A DNA stretch of 64,000 nucleotides, taken from contig OZ249447.1 of NCBI GenBank assembly GCA_965235115.1, positions 23,808,001-23,872,000 on the forward strand, read 5' to 3'. This DNA comes from Laetmonice hystrix. Lineage: Eukaryota. The notes under the pieces were generated by a model that had not been told where the DNA came from, searched no databases, and worked only from the letters and a program-made list of their open reading frames with translations. Position 1 is the stretch's first letter, and every line of letters begins with the position of its first letter. The position numbers and the translations under genes were made by a program. Shown here piece after piece: positions 1 to 13,800 of the stretch.

Positions 1-889
1 CAACATTTTAATTATTAACACACTAATAATTATTTACAATTTACCGACAGTGCCAAGAAATTTGGCCTCCACAACCCATACCTTAATAACCTCATTCATG
101 TAGCCCGATAAATTATGGGGTGGGATGGTCATTCCGGCCAACGCCAAGACAGGCATACCAAACTAGATTATAAAATGACTAGAAAATGGGGGACAAAATA
201 GCCATCTCTTTTGTACAGTGTATATGAAACGGTAACCATGACAAAACATACATGGATTGTTTCTAGAGATTCACCTCACCTCACAATTACAGACGTCGAG
301 ATTTTATCTTCTGGACATTAACCGACACTAACTACTTTTCCGTGACAGGGACCAGCTGCATCAATATCTATTCGGTTTTGTTTTTTTTCGATTGGAATTT
401 TTTAACGAAGCGAAGATCATGATGTAACTGCTCCCTGGCTGGTTTCAGAGCCCACAGACCACGAGTAGGCCGGCATGTAACATTGTACATCTTCAGTTAC
501 ACCAAGCAAAACACACACCCAGTTACATTTATACACTCAACCACGCACCATTGTCTACACACGCCACAATTACGATTATTGTCAAGGGAATAAATCAACA
601 CCCTCACACCAAGACGCTATCTCTACACTGACTAATAATACTAATAAGTCGTGCTGCAAATATCATCATGACTTAGGAGATACAAATCGGCGTATCATTA
701 AAACACTTGCTTTAGTCTTTCCCGAGTACTTCTTGACAAGTTCTTGTTCCTCATGAGTAAGAAACCACCAAACCCACTGAGAAAAAAATAATCGTAACTA
801 ACCAGTATACATAATAAAACATCACCAAGTAAGTTTGAACGAACACTTAATATATAATGAGCATGCTGCTCGACGCATGGTGTGGAGGT

Positions 890-1083
890 GTGTGTGCGGG
901 ATGGGTTTGGGGGGTGGAGGGGTGCAGACTTCGGTCTATCAGATCTACTTGGATGTATCCGGGTGGGTGTTGGGGGTAAATGCTAGTGTGTGTGTGCGGG
1001 ATGGGTTGGGGTGGAGACTTCGATCTATCAGATCTACTTGGACGTGGACGTATCCCGGGTGGGTGTTGGGGGTAAATACTAGT
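890..1083. repeat. Imperfect tandem duplication, about 97 bp x2, G/T-rich
   Basis: gtgtgtgcgggatgggtt...tctatcagatctacttgga...gggtgggtgttgggggtaaat occurs twice. Confidence 0.8.
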
Positions 1084-1708
1084 CCGGGTTGGGGGGTTGA
1101 TATATTTGTATATTTCCAGCTATGTGGGTCCATGCGGGTGTATGGGGGTGTCTCTGTTTGTATGTGACATTCCTATGTTACCCTAAGGATCAATAATAAA
1201 GTAAGGTGGGGTAGGGTAGGCAGCAGGGAATCATCACTAGTAGACGACAGGTTACGGAAGGGTCCAGGGTCACTCAGACGCGGGCTGGTCAGTCGAATGC
1301 CCCAAATAATGCAATACATGCTTCCAACTTTCTTCAATGCTGCTTAAAATAAACCTGGGAAATTTGTCATTTTCTAGCAATAAAAAGTGTGTTGCTATCA
1401 AAGATTAGATTTTTTTGTAGTGAGCTACAAAAATGTATGAAAAAGACAGTTTGCGCCCTGTAAACTTGTGCTTATGGAAATATCTACGATGCATTTTAAA
1501 TACTTTTAAAGTGCTTTCAACAGCTGTTTGTATTACTACACTGCGTGCACCTTTAGACTCCCGAAAACTGGGTTAATGTCAAGAATATCTCTCCGACGCG
1601 TAATGCGTAACTTGTTCACGATTTGACAATGGGAGCGCCTGGTAGCACTCATGGCAGGTTTCCGACGACTTGGCACAGGTCCTTCTCACCAGGTGGCAGA
1701 GTGGGGTG

Positions 1709-1819
1709 TCAGCAGGCGCGGCAAGACTTGAGGATGACGGACAGCAGCGCCATCTGGAGGAGAATGACAACGACAGACGGGACGACCGCCGCTCCCGCCC
1801 CGCAGTCCGTCACGTCTTC
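1709..1819 (-). CDS. CACNA2D: CACNA2D last coding exon: [36 protein letters not shown]
   Basis: 111 nt, tatcag acceptor, TGA stop; CG omega-like site then hydrophobic GPI-signal-type tail. Confidence 0.93.
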   Translation of the reverse strand, partial: EDVTDCGAGAAVVPSVVVILLQMALLSVILKSCRAC

Positions 1820-4800
1820 CTGATAACACAAAAGTTTTTAGTTTTTTTTCAAAAGTTGACGTCCGGTTTTACTTTTGGAGGGGTCGATAACAAATTTAAT
1901 GTAAATCGTCCTCGGACTCCAGCAGTTGTAACTGCCATCAAATTTAATGAAGTCAGAACGATATCAGAGCACTCTCCTACAATTATATTTTTACATTATA
2001 CATTATATCTTTTATTGCTGCTTACTAACACTCGAAGAAAGGAAGTTTACACTTCCCTGATTCCGAAAACGACCCAGTTTGTACATTAGACGATCTAAGT
2101 CTAAGACGAGGTCTGGAATTGCTTAGCTGGACCCCAGAATTTCTCTGAGTTGTAAGTTGACTTACCCTTGTATCGTGATCGTAGCAGTCGGCCGGACGGG
2201 CTCGGTATAGTTGCCGGGGGTTACATTTCTCCGGTTTACCCGTGTGGGAAGGATCTGTTGGTGAGTACTGTTAAGGTAATAACACCAATCCTTACCTCTT
2301 ACCATTGCCCTCAAACACAAGGTGATAACACCAGTCCTTACCTCTAACCATTGCCCTAAAACACAAGGTGATAACACCAGTCCTTACCTCTAACCATTGC
2401 CCTAAAACACAAGGTGATAACACCAGTCCTTACCTCTAACCATTGCCCTAAAACACAAGGTGATAACACCAGTCCTTACCTCTAACCATTGCTCTAAAAC
2501 ACAAGGTGATAACACCAGTCCTTACCTCTAACCATTGCCCTAAAACACAAGGTAATAACACCAGTCCTTACCTCTAACCATTACCCTAAAACACAAGGTG
2601 ATAACACCAGTCCTTACCTCTAACCATTGCCCTAAAACACAAGGTAATAACACCAGTCCTTACCTCTAACCATTGCCCTAAAACACAAGGTGATAACACC
2701 AGTCCTTACCTCTAACCATTACCCTAAAACACAAGGTGATAACACCAGTCCTTACCTCTAACCATTTCCCTAAAACAAAAGGTAATAACATCAGTCCTTA
2801 CCTCTAACCATTGCCCTAAAACACAAGGTAATAACACCAGTCCTTACCTCTAACCATTGCCCTAAAACACAAGGTGATAACACCAGTCCTTACCTCTAAC
2901 CATTGCCCTAAAACACAAGGTAATAACACCAGTCCTTACCTCTAACCATTGCCCTAAAACACAAGGTAATAACACCAGTCCTTACCTCTAACCATTTCCC
3001 TAAAACAAAAGGTAATAACACCAGTCCTTACCTCTAACCATTACCCTAAAACACAAGGTAATAACACCAGTCCTTACCTCTAACCATTACCCTAAAACAC
3101 AAGGTGATAACACCAGTCCTTACCTCTAACCATTTCCCTAAAACAAAAGGTAATAACATCAGTCCTTACCTCAAACCATTGCCCTAAAACACAAGGTAAT
3201 AACACCAGTCCTTACCTCTAACCATTGCCCTAAAACACCATTATTCGGATTAGTCCTCTGATTTTAATTTTGCCATCTGTGATTCTATTTAAAATGGTTT
3301 ACCCATCTACCCAACATTACAACTCATCAGTATCCTATATATTTCAACATTAATTTTTGTATAAATCTAAAGTTGAATTTTTAAGTTTTAACTGTCAGCA
3401 AAATTTGTAAAAATTTACGCTTTCCTTCGAGTTTTTTTAAAAATTAAATAAAAAGGCATTGACTTTATGAAGGATATTTTCAACAGGAACCGAGTTTAGC
3501 GTCACTTCGTCACATATCCCATCACAATCAGCTTCAGCCACGAGCAGGAGAAGGTTGGTTTCCGGCAACGGTGCTGTGGCAAAGATCCTGCAACACGCAT
3601 TCATAAAGAATTCTACGTCATCGTATCAATCAGCTCAGACAAACTGCAGCAAACAATGACTTTCTCTCAATCAGGTTGAAATTATTCTACTGGTGAAGGG
3701 GGGGGGGGGGAGGGGGCTTCCCTAATTCTACTTGGCACGTCTTTTATCCCCGGGTTGTACCGGTACTTGGAACAGTCGAGTCTGCATGCCCACTTATGTC
3801 TTTCAGTCTTGTACTAGGATCAGACGAGCTGGTACGTCCACCTAGCCTGTCTCAGGCCTGTTTGTACTAGGATCAGTAGAAAGATTCCAGAGGTTGGAAC
3901 CACTCACCTGGTACAGTTACCACAAGTAGCCTCCAGTTTGTTGTCCAAGGCAATCTCAGTGCTAAAGTAGTACTGGGTTAATAACTTGATACAACTCCGG
4001 TTCTTCCCAGGATCGTCCTCAACCGAGCCTGGAATACCGAAACCTTCATCATGAAACCACACTGACTTATATCGTGAAAAAAACAACAAAAAACAAAGCC
4101 AAAAAAATCCATACAGAGAAAAAATAGGGAAATCTATCACATGGCATTTTTAGCAATTTTAAATTTTAGCATGTATATTTAGCTATTTAAAAACTGGTAT
4201 TATGCTAAATGCCTTGGTGCGGACTAAAAATTGAAAGAATCGGATTACCTTGAGTCGTGGCTTGGACAGGCGGCGTCCCAAACAACATACTGAAACATTG
4301 AAATCATGTTTGTTTTAAAACTTCACAAAACCTAACCATATCATTATTCTGAACTACATGCCCTGTCTACAAATTTGACACCTCAGCTCCTGGTGAGGGT
4401 TCCCAGCTCAGGACAGCTTAGTACAAGACACCGATTCTGGCTTAATTCCCTGTAAATGCCTTTCTAGAATGCTTTCAGACAAGGCATAACGCTAACAGCT
4501 TGCTGAAACCAGAGCCAACACCTAAAATTGATACATCTTTAAACTGCATACTTACTCATAGAAGTTGAACTGCATGAACAACCTGAAAGTAAATGCAAGT
4601 TTTGTGGTTTAGTAGACACAGACTGATTATTAATGACGACCATGATAAAGATATTAATCTATATTATGTTATACCAAGTAAGTTTGAATTTAGGGACACT
4701 GAGATTCCATAATTTATGGAACTGCTCCCGTAATATTGTCCTATACAGCAATGTGTACACACCAAGTCAGTTTTGCTGTCCACCAATTCACAGTCAACAT

Positions 4801-7800
4801 ATCAAACACAGCCGGCTGAAATAACAAACGGAATCAATATAAGGTCCATAATCTATACCAAACCAACTGCCACCGACAATATTCACTAAAACTTACTCTA
4901 AATCCCAGTAACAGAAATCTGAATTATATTAATAAACTATCAACAATCCACACTGAAGTCCCATTCACTTATTGCAGAGGTAAACCTCATGAAGAGATTG
5001 CTTACAACAAAGACGTTTCGGATTCCTGCACTGACGATGTGCTTCTTGACAGGACATGAAGCTTGGAAGTCATGGACTTGGTTTCGTTGCAAGATGGAGT
5101 TGTTGTACAAGTTCCACATGAGAATCTTGTCAACTTCACCAAAGAACCTCCCCACCTGTCAAAGAGAAACATTCAGAATTCATCAAAATAACAATCAATT
5201 AATCTCGTTCAATATTTTCCTAAGGGAGCCGAATACCAGAAAACTAAAGTAATGTCATTTCGTTAAAACAGGACTAATCTTACAGTACATTTTCTGGAGA
5301 ATCGAAAAATACAAGAAAAAATAGGGGTCGCCGTGCTACTTTCTGCGATATTCACGTTAGAATCACAGGAAGTCAGAAGGTTTGGGAAGCCCGTTCCCTG
5401 TCACTATGTAAAACCGGCCCACTAACCTGATGCTGGTCCTCGTCCTCAGACACCAGAACGACGTATCCTCCATCATCGAGCAGATAACACACCATGTTTG
5501 GGTCAGCACAAGATGACACCTGTTCACGCAGTTTCTGTCTCAACGTGTTCTGTTCAAGACGAAGTCCGACCACTGAAACAGAGGTATATCCCAGGTCCTC
5601 ACTCCAAAATCATTGGAAACACACTCCCTCTTCAGGTAAAGAGACTGCCGTAAAAATACAACAAACGCCAAAATCTGCTTATCACATGAATTATTGTGTG
5701 TCAGACTTTGGTCCAAACCCCAGGAATTGGAAAATCGATGGAAGCCTCGAGAAAGTCACGTTAGCTTACCTGATGTTTTATACTTTCTCGATCCAGACAA
5801 GGCTATGGACCTGTAGGCCATAATTATCGGGTCTGTTGCATTGGGCTCTGTTGGTCCTGTAAACATGACATAATATATCCACGAGTTACAACGCAGCAAG
5901 AAGAATGATAATACTATTTCACTTTGGACAATACCACGATTGACGTTTCTTTGAAAGTACAGACCTGTGTGGTAGTGACTGGAGAGAACCCAGTTCTTGT
6001 GGTTCATGCCACGCTGGAAGTACTGAGCTTTCCACGGGTCTTGCCACTGCTCAAACGACGATTTGGCACTGCACACACAAAGAAAACTAGCTAATTCTTT
6101 GATTCCATGACACAAAACAAATAGGAACTTAACAATATTCTGGACTGACCAGAGCAAAAATGTTTCATGAGACGGGACACTGATTTTTTTTAAAGAAAAA
6201 AGAAATCCAAGAAAAATTTATTATTACAGATTATTGGTACAGGCTTGTTGCCTTTTGGTCAGCGGTGTAATAGGTGGCAATAAATAAATGTTGAGAAATG
6301 CTTGTTTACAGACCTTTTGGGATAGATGCGAGTGAGTCCTCCATTAGTTGCCACAAAGCGAGCCTCGATATCGACAGTACTCATACTCATCCATTTCTTC
6401 TCCACATTAGAAGTGACATAGGCATCCATTAGAAGATGCTCCACCATTGACGTGTCGCCTGAACATCAAGGTCCAAAGACATAATGGTTTAGTCACGCTA
6501 TTTTACTATATGGCACAAGTGACAAGTACAGTGTTCTGTACGAATGCAATTTCTTACATATTGAGAATAACAATTCAATATTGACTTCACTACAATGGCC
6601 CGGAGTTGTAGGCAGCGATTATTACTGTTAGACAGATTGAGAAGAAGACAGCTTTTCATTAAAAGAAAATTTGGCTCCAATTGGTCTTGCGGATCATTAT
6701 ACCGCTCACTTACATTGACTGCTGTCCGTCTTAATCTGATAAAGCATGTCATCTGTGGGGGTTGACGTGTTGTGTAGGTGGACAACACTCTTACAGTAGA
6801 TCCTGGAACAAATTCAAAGGTACTCTGTGATTCAGTCTAAAGACAAACTTTCCCTGTAAATTCCTCCATGTACTCTCTTCCTGCTCCATCAGTAGTGCTA
6901 TCTATGGGGCCTATTCTTGTATATTATTATTTCTGCGCACCTTTACAGCGCCCAGATTACATTGGCAATTTCGAACAGTACGACATCGCAGCATGACTCA
7001 ACATAAACTTGCGTTTTTCAGTACAGAAGGTCTGATATCAAGAATTATCCACTGACCATGGTGCTATCAGGACAGCTGTGTTGTTGGACTGCAGATAACT
7101 TGCACCTGCTGGAAGAACAATAAGAAATACGATTCTGCACAAGGCCGTCATGATTATATCATAAACTACTAGTATTCTGGCATCGATAGCTCGAGAATAG
7201 TGATTGCCACCATTTGGTGGTACAAGCATGATATTCACCATCTCTCTGTCAAGTTTCTTTCTAAGAATGTCAAACAATCATACAAGAGCACAAGAAACCC
7301 CACATCAACCAACATTATATGAATCCACTTAATGGGGCAAAGCGAAATTAAAAAGCAACGGTCAACCACTCAAAACACTCGAAAGGTTTTTCACTATTTC
7401 GTTAATCTCAGAATTGTGAAGAAAGAAAACAGAAATAAATGCAAGTTTTGTTAGAAAATAATTTGGTACAAAGAGAGGTGACAAAGAAGGAAGTGTAAAG
7501 TTTCACTGCGAGGAATAATTTTTCTTCCAGAATCAAGAGTCATTTCTTTTATGAAGCAGGGAATATAAATCATATCTAGTGACTGATTCAGAATGTCCAG
7601 GATCAGTCCCTAATCTTTACTTCTTTTTCGAATTTTCTAAATTTTCACAACCCAGTACTACCGTACATATATTGATACAAAGCTAATGATGGAAAAAGCA
7701 AGCTTGATTAGTTGTAAACCAACACTGGTTTATATCTCCAGCACCATTAGTAGCCAAGAAATTATACTGTCAATGCACAGGACCAGATGAAGGTTTGCTA

Positions 7801-10800
7801 CCACAGACACCATACACTAACAGCATGTACCCTTGCCAGGTCCTGAAAATGTTACCGGTATAGTATTGATAAGATAAAATGAAAATTGTTCTTTGATGAC
7901 GAAATTCGGTACCTATTCATAGGAAACTGTTCATTGAAATACTCCAATACCGGTAACTTTGTTAGCAGAATAAGTTTGGCCAATCCAGCGGCCAGTACAA
8001 TGACAGTCGGCAGGTATTGTCAGTTTGCGATAGGTACAATGAATGGCAGTTTCTATGTTGTCAGTTGGTACTATGTAAAATGACAGATCAGAGATGGAAG
8101 AATTTTTTTATGTCAGCTGGCACAATTCTAAACTAGACTTACAATCGGTGCTATTAGCATCCTCCGTTGCTGAAAGTCAAAGAGTGACAGTCACAGTCTA
8201 AAACAGACGCTAAGTGCAAAACAGTGTGTCTGAATTTAGATGTTACAAGTGCAGAAGTGCATATTCTCTAACAGCCCTGGTGCAGCACACTTCAAACGTT
8301 ATATTAATGTTGTCTTCTTCTGTGAATTTTACTCACAAATGTTTAACTAAGGACCCTGACTCTCACGGAGACAAGTCCTACATCACTTTCTACTAGAGGT
8401 GAGGCTTGAGATCATATCGTTGCATGACTTGAGAGTGTCAAATTTCCACCAAAATGGGCTGTATTAGCATCCGTAGACATAACAATGAAATTTGAAAAAC
8501 TTTCTATTGCGCCCACACAGAGATTACTATGAAACTTGGGAATTCCACTCATAGGAGACACCATTTACGTCTAGTACCGTGACAGCAGCCAGCTATGCTG
8601 TGATTCTTCACGTTATCTTAAGCCATGCCAAAGTGTAGCTAAAGAACATTATGCAAACGATTCTAACGGCAAAGCTACCCTCAACAAAATACATTACCTG
8701 TTCACAGTATCACTACCGGTAAGATATAGTACTCCTTATGAACAAGCTTAATCTACGTGACCTCTAGGAAATGTACGTAAAGCAAATAAGTTGAAATGGA
8801 GGTTGAAAGATTGACTCAGTAAACAACAAGAAAGTAAAAGATTGACTTCAACAATTATGAGATTTACACTCACCATTTAGGTTGACACTCTTCAGGAAAT
8901 AGTTGTTACCAACTGGTGTAACAATGCACAGGCTGGCGGTGGGGGGAAAAAGGGAGATATCAATATTCAAATCTGTTTATTATAAAAAAGAAATCTTGAG
9001 AATATTAAGAAATCACCAATGCACTGAGTACCCACTGGGTAGAACAATATTTAAGCTCAAACGCCTCAGCAGGCCTTCTAATATTCAACTTGGTTACTAC
9101 AAAATATCCTGGGCCTGCTGATTGTCATCTAAGTTAAACTGAGCAACATTTTCCTACAAAGGACAGATATTTCTTATTTTGTTGTGACAGGTATGTCAAA
9201 AAGCTGTAAATAGCTGCTCACGTGAGAAATAAAATGGTGAAATGCTACCTTAGTATTTAAAAAATATATATAATTATTGTTATACATTTACAAAAAAATA
9301 CAATAAAACGGGCTAGGACTAAAATTTTCTATTACCACACACTACTCACCTGAAGTTGCTCCCTGGAATACTTGTATAAGAATAAACTCGCTGTGTCCTG
9401 TCCATATGAAGCTTGAGTAAAACAGAAGAGAATGAGGCATGTTAATACATAGCTTAACATGACCTTGGAAGGTCGGCAAATTGACACATTTAGTAACATA
9501 ATTTTCTAAAAGAAATAATAATAGGCTATTAGGTCAATCATAGTTCAGGCTTTGTATTTTAAACGATGCAAGCAAAAACACCACACCCATTTTACCTTTA
9601 ATGTGCTGGCACATTATCCATTAGGCACATTATCACACTGAAAGTATTTACATAAAACAGCCTTTAAACTAAAGTTCACTAAAATAAATAGCGGTACACT
9701 TATCACTTTCCTTTCCTGGGTGAATTGCATTTCGATACAACTGGGGGACCACTGCTGACATATTACTGCATGACATCATATCTTCACTGCACCCTGGTGG
9801 AAGTTGTGGGGTGGGGGTAAAGGGGCTGGGATTGGATGGGAATGGGGTGCAGAGGGGTGGGGTAAAGGGGGTTGGGAGTGAAGGGGGTTGGGGTGAAGGG
9901 GGTGGGGTGAAAGATTGGGGTGAAGGGATTAGGATCAAGAAGGCTGGGGTGAAGGAGGTTGGGGTGGAGATTAATTGGGGTGAAGAAGGTTGCGGTGAAG
10001 GAGATTGGGGCGACGGGGATTGGGGTGAAGGGACTGAGTGAAAGGGATTGTGACGGGGATTGGGGTGAAGGGACTGAGTGAAAGGGATTGTGACGGGGAT
10101 TGGGGTGAAGGGACTGAGTGAAAGGGATTGTGACGGGGATTGGGGTGAGGGGACTGAGTGAAAGGGATTGTGACGGGGATTGGGGTGAAGGGGTTTGTGG
10201 GTGGAGATAAATAGGGGTGAAGGTGATGGGGGGGGGGGAGACTTACCTCGTCCGGGAGGACGGTAAAGCTGTCCAGTGTCACCGTACCTTCCCCTCCGTC
10301 AATCATCTGCCGCCTCAACTGTAACACACACAGGGACAGCTCAACCAACAGCTCACACCCGGCTCACACCCGGCTCACACCAAGCCAGGTGTGGGTGTGA
10401 CAGTCTGGCTGACAAACAACCCAAGTAACTGTAACACTGACTACAACAGTTCAGTTAACCTCAAAATACCTTACAATAAACCTGGACGATGGATCTCATG
10501 GAGTCACTTCAAAACTAGACTTGAAAATCGAGTGCTTATAACTTTGGTCGGGTTTTTTTTTTACATACATGTATATCAATATTTGCATACACCTGCCGTT
10601 AAGGTGATAGTTAATCCACGCTTGTTCCTTCACCTCTAGCTGAATATTAATGCCCTGATGATTCAGTCTCCAAACAGTTGGTAAATTAATAGAACCTTTT
10701 CGATCAAACACCAGTAAAGAGGATAAAAAAGACGGAAATTGCATCACTTAGACGTCCGACGGTAGGAATAACATTACAATAAATCACTAATTGCAATTTG

Positions 10801-13800
10801 ACAAGTGCAGAATCGAAAGAAGTAAAAACAACATCAGCAGATCCACTACATAATTTACACATATTACTTCCTTGGTCCCTTCAATCAGGGCAACCACCTG
10901 ATCTTCAGCACGATTACAAGGGTCTACAATTCGGTCATCGAGCTCATTTTAAATGATTCTACAGTAGAGTCATGTCTGTCTCTATAAGCTGTTTGAGTTC
11001 GGCCTAGACAAACACATAGATCTATCAAACTGTGCCTAAACTGTAGTCGAGAAACAAATCAGGTGACATCAGTTAACACCGAAATACTAACAGATACTCA
11101 CAGGTGACGAGAAAAATACTGACTCTCTGAGATAAAACTTGCACAAAATTACGTGTTTTTGTATGGCTAGTCAGTAGTACTAGTAGTGTGGATATTAACA
11201 TACTGTAGTTTTCACTTTGAAGCCTCTTTGGTGTTTGTTTCGATTTGGGATTTTACAACTTAGCACCAGTCAGTTAGTACCTTTAATTTTACATGTACTA
11301 ATATAATTATAATCATAAATGTGAAGAGTTTATAAGCACGTAAACTGAGATACACTCACACAGACACCCCCACCCACCGACCCCCCCCCCCCCCCCCCAC
11401 ACCCCCACCTTCACCCACACCCACACCCCATTATGTTTTTGTTTGCACATGTATAGATCGGTATACATGTATATATGTCTACATACAGCCAACTTAATCA
11501 ATATCAACCTTTACAAAGGAATCCAAGGAAACGTGAACTTAATACATTGTAAGAAATAACCACAACGCGATTACCATAACCATTAAAGGAAAAAATATCA
11601 CCTCAGTGTACTACGTTGAAGCATATAACTTCACGAAACGATGTAAAAAAGCACCGAGAAAAGGACAAGACACAAAACATATAAAGCGGAAAAGTAAAAT
11701 ATTAAAAGGAACGGCAAACACTACCATCTCCATGGGGTCGGTCTCTATGTGTGACGTGTTTGTCATGTTCTGTACACAGAAACGATACGTGGGTTGGTAT
11801 GAACGTATTCCCCAACACTACAAATACTACAATACTACAAATAACGCCAGAGGTTGAGTCCCTCAATGCTAGACTTTATTCTCATTGGTACAAGGCGTTC
11901 CGAATACCCGGTTCACAAACACGGGCAAGCACACCCCTTCCCAATGCCCGGTTCTTATTGCATAAAACTATTATTTTAATTTAGCGTAGAGTAACATTTG
12001 GATCCGATTCGACGACTTTAAAAATCTGACCAAATATTATAACCTAGGGAGCCATCTATTATTATATCAATTCAATATGGCAAGTGAGTTAGGGCCAGTG
12101 TGAAATGATTTCAGACAATATCATGATACATGCACTACCCACTGTGACTGAGGGAGATTGTGTTATTCCCGCTTATATATCAGGCAGGTAGACCCGATCT
12201 GCATTAGGAGCTAAGTGGTAGGAGCCAACAGGTAAAATCATGCTAGACAGATAAACGAATCTCTAAATAGACTTTGGTTATCAAAAACTCATCAAATTGC
12301 CTTAGAATACCAGATATCCATGTACCGGTACCTGAGAACAAAGTAGAATAACAATAGTGAAAAAAAACTCACTGTTTCTTTGTCCATAGTGTTGTACTCC
12401 ACGTCCAAAAAGTCCATATTGGGTGGGTCCTCAAGCCAGCCTTGCTGTAAATGACCCAAAAAGTAAGACTAAATTTACCAATTAAAAAGAGATATTTTTT
12501 TTACTGATCCTCCTTCGCATACTACATATTCTTCCGATGATCCTTACAAGGATAATATGAAATCTCACTCCAGAACTTCAGAATTTCTCCGTCATCTTTC
12601 ATATGCAATGATATATATTAGCCCTGAACTATAAATCCGATTAAATAATTTATAATATTACGACTCATGTTCTTTGATCATCTCTTGAGAGAAACTATCA
12701 GTCTATCTCGCCTACAGGTCGCAAGGTACAACCAAATATACTGTGAAACTGTTTTTATACGTATTACAATTCTTTTTGCTCAATAAATATAAATGAAATA
12801 TACTTCACACCTACTACAGTACCAGCAAAAGTATCTGAGAAACAATGTCATCCCGAGTAAGTTTTTAGACACACCTCAAGGCTCTTACAGAAACAAGTGA
12901 AAAATAGTTACACACATACAGTCAGAACAAGAAGACCTTGTTCTGTTTAGTACATGCTACGCTATTCAATGTAATGCTTTCTCAAGAGTGCCTAACAAAG
13001 AAAACTTGAAAAATCATAATTTCAAGTTATGTTACTATCTATGACTCAAAGTTCAGGATGTCAAAAACTTTACTTTGAGAGCCAATAGCAGAATACTTTT
13101 GCAAAATGCCATGCTATGTTATATTACCAGCAGTTTAACAAACCAAAAAAATAATCATTCAAAATTCATACAAAGTTAGCTGTCGAAATTACCTAAGAGC
13201 AAAATGTAACAATATAAGATATTTTCCTACTTTAAACAATATTGTGGAAAACGTTAAAATCATAGCCTTGAAACATGCTACCTCTGACATGTTGAAATCC
13301 TGCAAAGTGATTTAGTCACCACTCATTAGACACACACATGACTACAAACATGTATTTAGGGTACGAGTACATGATATCACACAGAGGTAAAACCATTATC
13401 TGGGAACCCGTGTCATTGACATAATAGATAACAATACTATTTACACACGACTCCACAGGGAACCCTCGCGACGTTAAGTGGTCAGCGCTGACCTCCTGAT
13501 CCCCCTTAACCTTTACCCATACAACCCGATCGTCAACAACTGTCCAGACCAGAATAATTAAAATGACATCTACATGAATCACTCTTCTGAAAAACCCACT
13601 TCAGGAAGTTGTACTGTGTACATTGTCAGTACCACACGCACCCCTTACCACTGCAATCTCCACCGTTCAAAGCTTTGTTCCACTGAAACTGAAGGAATTA
13701 CCGGTTATATGGACATGCTGTGTCCCTCGAGACAGATAGCACATGTATGTACAGGGTGTCCGAAAAGTTACTGTGCAGTGGAAAAAGGTTTAAATAATAC

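Noticed and set aside
6795-6802. Apparent 8-nt microexon GATCTACT|gtaaga
   Set aside because: The frame continues to a better donor at 6713 and supplies the required residues
7109-7135. IVFLIVLP as part of exon 19
   Set aside because: It is the polypyrimidine tract; the expected LxxVxP segment is encoded at 8874-8932
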